From assembly GCA_051294905.1 (NCBI GenBank), contig CM119372.1, positions 12,402,001-12,466,000 of the forward strand: DNA of 64,000 nucleotides, read 5' to 3'. Shown here one piece after another: positions 61,155 through 64,000 of this stretch. Source of the DNA: Botryllus schlosseri. Its lineage: Eukaryota. Below the pieces are notes generated by a model, which saw nothing but the letters and a program-made list of their open reading frames with translations, was not told the origin of the DNA and searched no databases. The stretch's first letter is position 1, and the number at the start of each line of letters is the position of its first letter. Made by a program: the position numbers and the translations under genes.

Positions 61155-63069
61155 CTCACAAAGCCTCGGGATATTGCAAGACCGTACGTTCGCCATCGAC
61201 ATCAGGAGCCACGGGATCTTGACTTACCCGGTAACTTGTTCATCTTTCCGATTGTTGAGAATAGGCTAGGCGCCAGAACAGTTTTCCAAATAACGTTGTA
61301 TCGCAACTGTTTACTGCCGGTACTCGCCGTTCTCATTTTCAATCCTATCATTACCATTTCACATTGCAGTGTGCACGTGCGTATATTTCAACATTTTCTA
61401 TGGCTCGTAACGACAATCCAGATACCATAATTAATATTCATAACAAAGCTGCTGGCACGAACGTTCCCCTTATGGATTCGCTCGATACTTATATATTTTG
61501 CATGTTCGCCACTTTCAAGCCAAGTAATTAGGATAGCAGGTCTAACCTCATTCCTACGTGCTCTCTCTTTTTTTTTTGCTTTCATTGTTTTCGCCCTAGT
61601 CACACAAACAGCCAGTTTTTCTAGCATTCGCTAATCATCCATTAGCCACAGGATCGCTACCACTTAACTGCCATATAAACCTCCCGCTATGTCTTATTCT
61701 CTCTTCGAATCTTAGTATTATCGTGACGTAACCTGGTCGGGTAACTAGCGCTGCCTAAGTTCAAGGACTGTCTTTTGAGCTCCGTCTGTTCATAACGTTG
61801 AACTTTGCTCACGACACATTTGAGGATCCATCTAGTGCTCCGGGACACTCGGCATATGTTCATCGTTAGTAAGAGTGAACACTCTAGCTCCGAGGACGTC
61901 TTCAGATTTCTGCGCGCACGTGTGACCCCGAGCGATCGGGGTCGCATGAAGTCTGGAGAAGGATTTGGTACAGTTAGACTCACATCTGAATCTTTGACTA
62001 TGTATCGTGTACCGGTTAATATAATGTTCATTTATCGCCCGATAAGAATGTTCACCGTTGCACCCCCATTTCGCGAACAGGTGTGATGGGTGGGTTCCTC
62101 TACCACTGACAACACTGCGTATACACATTATACATCAGTGACCGCTTCTTTACGATATCGGTCGGCACAGTGCTATACCTTCAAAAAAACATGCATTATT
62201 ATAGCATGGCTACCACAGTTACGATTGCACGCGCTAATTCGAACCGCCATTCGGTCACTTTCATCATTCATTCTACGCGATAAACACCGCGCGCATGACG
62301 ATAATTATCACCTTACAGCAGTTAGCTCATCGATCCTTCCGACTCATAGGCAAAACGACAGGCCACAGCATCCTGTCCTATGCTGGGCACTGCCTTCACT
62401 CCCGTTATTACATAGGCTGCCCCGCCTGGATTGTGGTTATTCGGCTGTAGTAATTGCATTGTTTCATGTACTGTATCTTCTGTACTTTGTCTAGGCTTAG
62501 TAATCGTTAGACATATTTTTTATTTTTTTTATCACGTTATGCTGGCGCCTAGCTTGTTTTCAGCCTACCCGCTCAATTCCCGACCCGGACGACGGTACGC
62601 TGCTCATTGGATGCTTGGGCCTCCAGGACACTACACTGCGATCGGTCAATCATGGCTACCACTCGAACGCGTGACAGATGGACACAACCTCTACTGATTC
62701 GCTCATTCCATTACCGACAGCCGAACGACGCACAGTTCACGGCCCTGTCTCAAACGCACGACTTCAACAACCAGTTGTTGCTCCACGTTCGCCTCAAAGC
62801 TTGATTCCTCTGGGATTTGACACCGACGTACAACGGTCACGACAGTACAGCAGCATACGGCAACGGAGTAAGACGACTAGCGCGAATCGCCCGGTTTCGA
62901 TACCGAGGTCCGAGATTCAACTGTCCACACGCATGCATTATGACGCCACACGCTCATGGCCTGGTAGCGACACCAACCACCGATCCAGCCCATTCCAGCA
63001 TCCCAGCACGTACCGTCGAGGGTCCTGCACGTATTGACTCATTAGTCACTCAGCATGGTGACTTTGTAC

Positions 63070-63223
63070 GAACCTTGCCCCCACGCGCGGCGCGATCGAT
63101 TTAACTATCGTATTGCCACCCCTGCGTGGGTGATTTACTTGCTATGATTTTTTTTAAGAACCTTGCCCCCACGCGCGGCGCGATCGATTTAACTATCATA
63201 TCGCCACCCCTGCGTGGGTGATT
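63070..63223 (+). repeat. Two 66-bp direct repeats with stem-loop potential near the polypurine tract
   Basis: 63070-63135 and 63158-63223 differ at two positions. CCCACGC/GCGTGGG outer stem. Confidence 0.85.
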
Positions 63224-63461
63224 ACCTCTTTATTGTTGTTTCTGCATAGGCTACTTTTTTGTAGGCTAGTAGTGTGTTGTAATAATATAAAATTCACTCG
63301 GTCCATCCATCAATCATTCATAACTGCATGGTTTTGCTTTTGTTGTTAGCTTTAGACCCACGCATTCGCTATCTTCCTTCAGGGCGGATACCGACAACGG
63401 TAATTCATTAATTTGACTCTTCCACGTCACCTAGTTCCGCTCCCTCTCAAAGGGGGGTCGG

Positions 63462-63928
63462 TGTAGCGAACCGCTGGTCCTTTTAACCCAATGTCCCTAG
63501 CTAACGTCAGGCATCCGTTATGAAGGAAATATACTTTGCTTGTATTAGGATTTTAGTACATCATGACAACTTGTAGAACTCTACCATCTCTGCTAGTGTT
63601 GCGCAAGCTTTGTAAGCATAATTACGCCAAACATAGTCCTAGCTAGAGTACTGCCTTTTTCCTGGCATTAGAACTTTACCAACCCGTTCTCATTGGCTAA
63701 CGCATTACAATCGCATTCATTGTTACGCATTTTCGGGTATATAAACCCACGTTTCTCTGTGACGGCCCTTGAGATCTGAGATTCACCTCAGCGCATAACG
63801 TACGCTTCTCTGCTGCAATACATCCGACCGAGTGAAATTGTGAGTTAAGAAGTCGCCACCTCAAGACAGCCAGCCCGTCGCCAGTCAGCTATCTACTGCT
63901 CCAGGCACGACACAGCCACACTGTTACA
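63462..63928 (+). repeat. 3' LTR with CCAAT-like (ATTGG) and TATA (TATATAAA) motifs
   Basis: Direct repeat of the reconstructed 5' LTR, no differences seen by eye. TG...CA termini. Confidence 0.93.
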
Positions 63929-64000
63929 GTGTCTGACGTTTGTCATTTGAATGCCACATCGAGACCTGTAAGTCCAACTTTGTTTCGCTGCGTATAGCAT

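Larger units (their letters stand above)
55614..63928 (+). mobile_element. Non-autonomous LTR retrotransposon (Gypsy-like termini), 5' LTR split by a P-type element
   Basis: 467-bp LTRs TGTAGC...GTTACA: 5' copy 55614-55640 + 60618-61057, 3' copy 63462-63928. 4-bp TSD GTGT (55610-55613, 63929-63932), PBS-like TGGTGCC at 61058, polypurine tract AAAGGGGGG before 63462. No gag/pol ORF in the 2.4-kb interior. Confidence 0.93.

Noticed and set aside
63462..63928. Retrozyme, or LTR carrying 5S rRNA/tRNA-derived sequence
   Set aside because: No CTGANGA...GAAA core and no Pol III A/B/C boxes seen on either strand. The LTR has Pol II-type ATTGG and TATA motifs.

Overview
Eukaryotic, intron-containing, very transposon-rich DNA. 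The short ~55-70 nt introns, the gene content and the repeat types suggest an invertebrate chordate such as an ascidian; this is inference, not proven. Host genes: a 16-exon PHF21A/BHC80-like PHD-finger gene (+, 21001-33559), a 5-exon testis-specific Ser/Thr kinase of the TSSK family (+, 36063-45301), and a convergent single-ORF orphan (-, 46317-46886). The rest is largely mobile DNA, often nested, and many boundaries resolve to the base from terminal inverted repeats (TIRs) and target-site duplications (TSDs). It includes a frameshifted ZMYM1/DUF4371-type hAT element, a decayed Penelope-like element with a hammerhead motif, L2/Crack-type LINE 3' ends, a tRNA-derived SINE, a piggyBac-type MITE and about 15 hAT MITEs. 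The most unusual block is 55614-63928. It is a young non-coding LTR element with apparently identical LTRs and a tandem array of LTR-end plus primer-binding-site (PBS) units. Its 5' LTR is split by a 5-kb P-superfamily element that carries a decayed THAP transposase and a possible antisense F-box/LRR cargo gene. A second oddity is a transposase fragment at 40791-41210 resembling a hAT-like family I associate with oomycetes, algae and mosses. All homology calls were made by eye, with no database searches.
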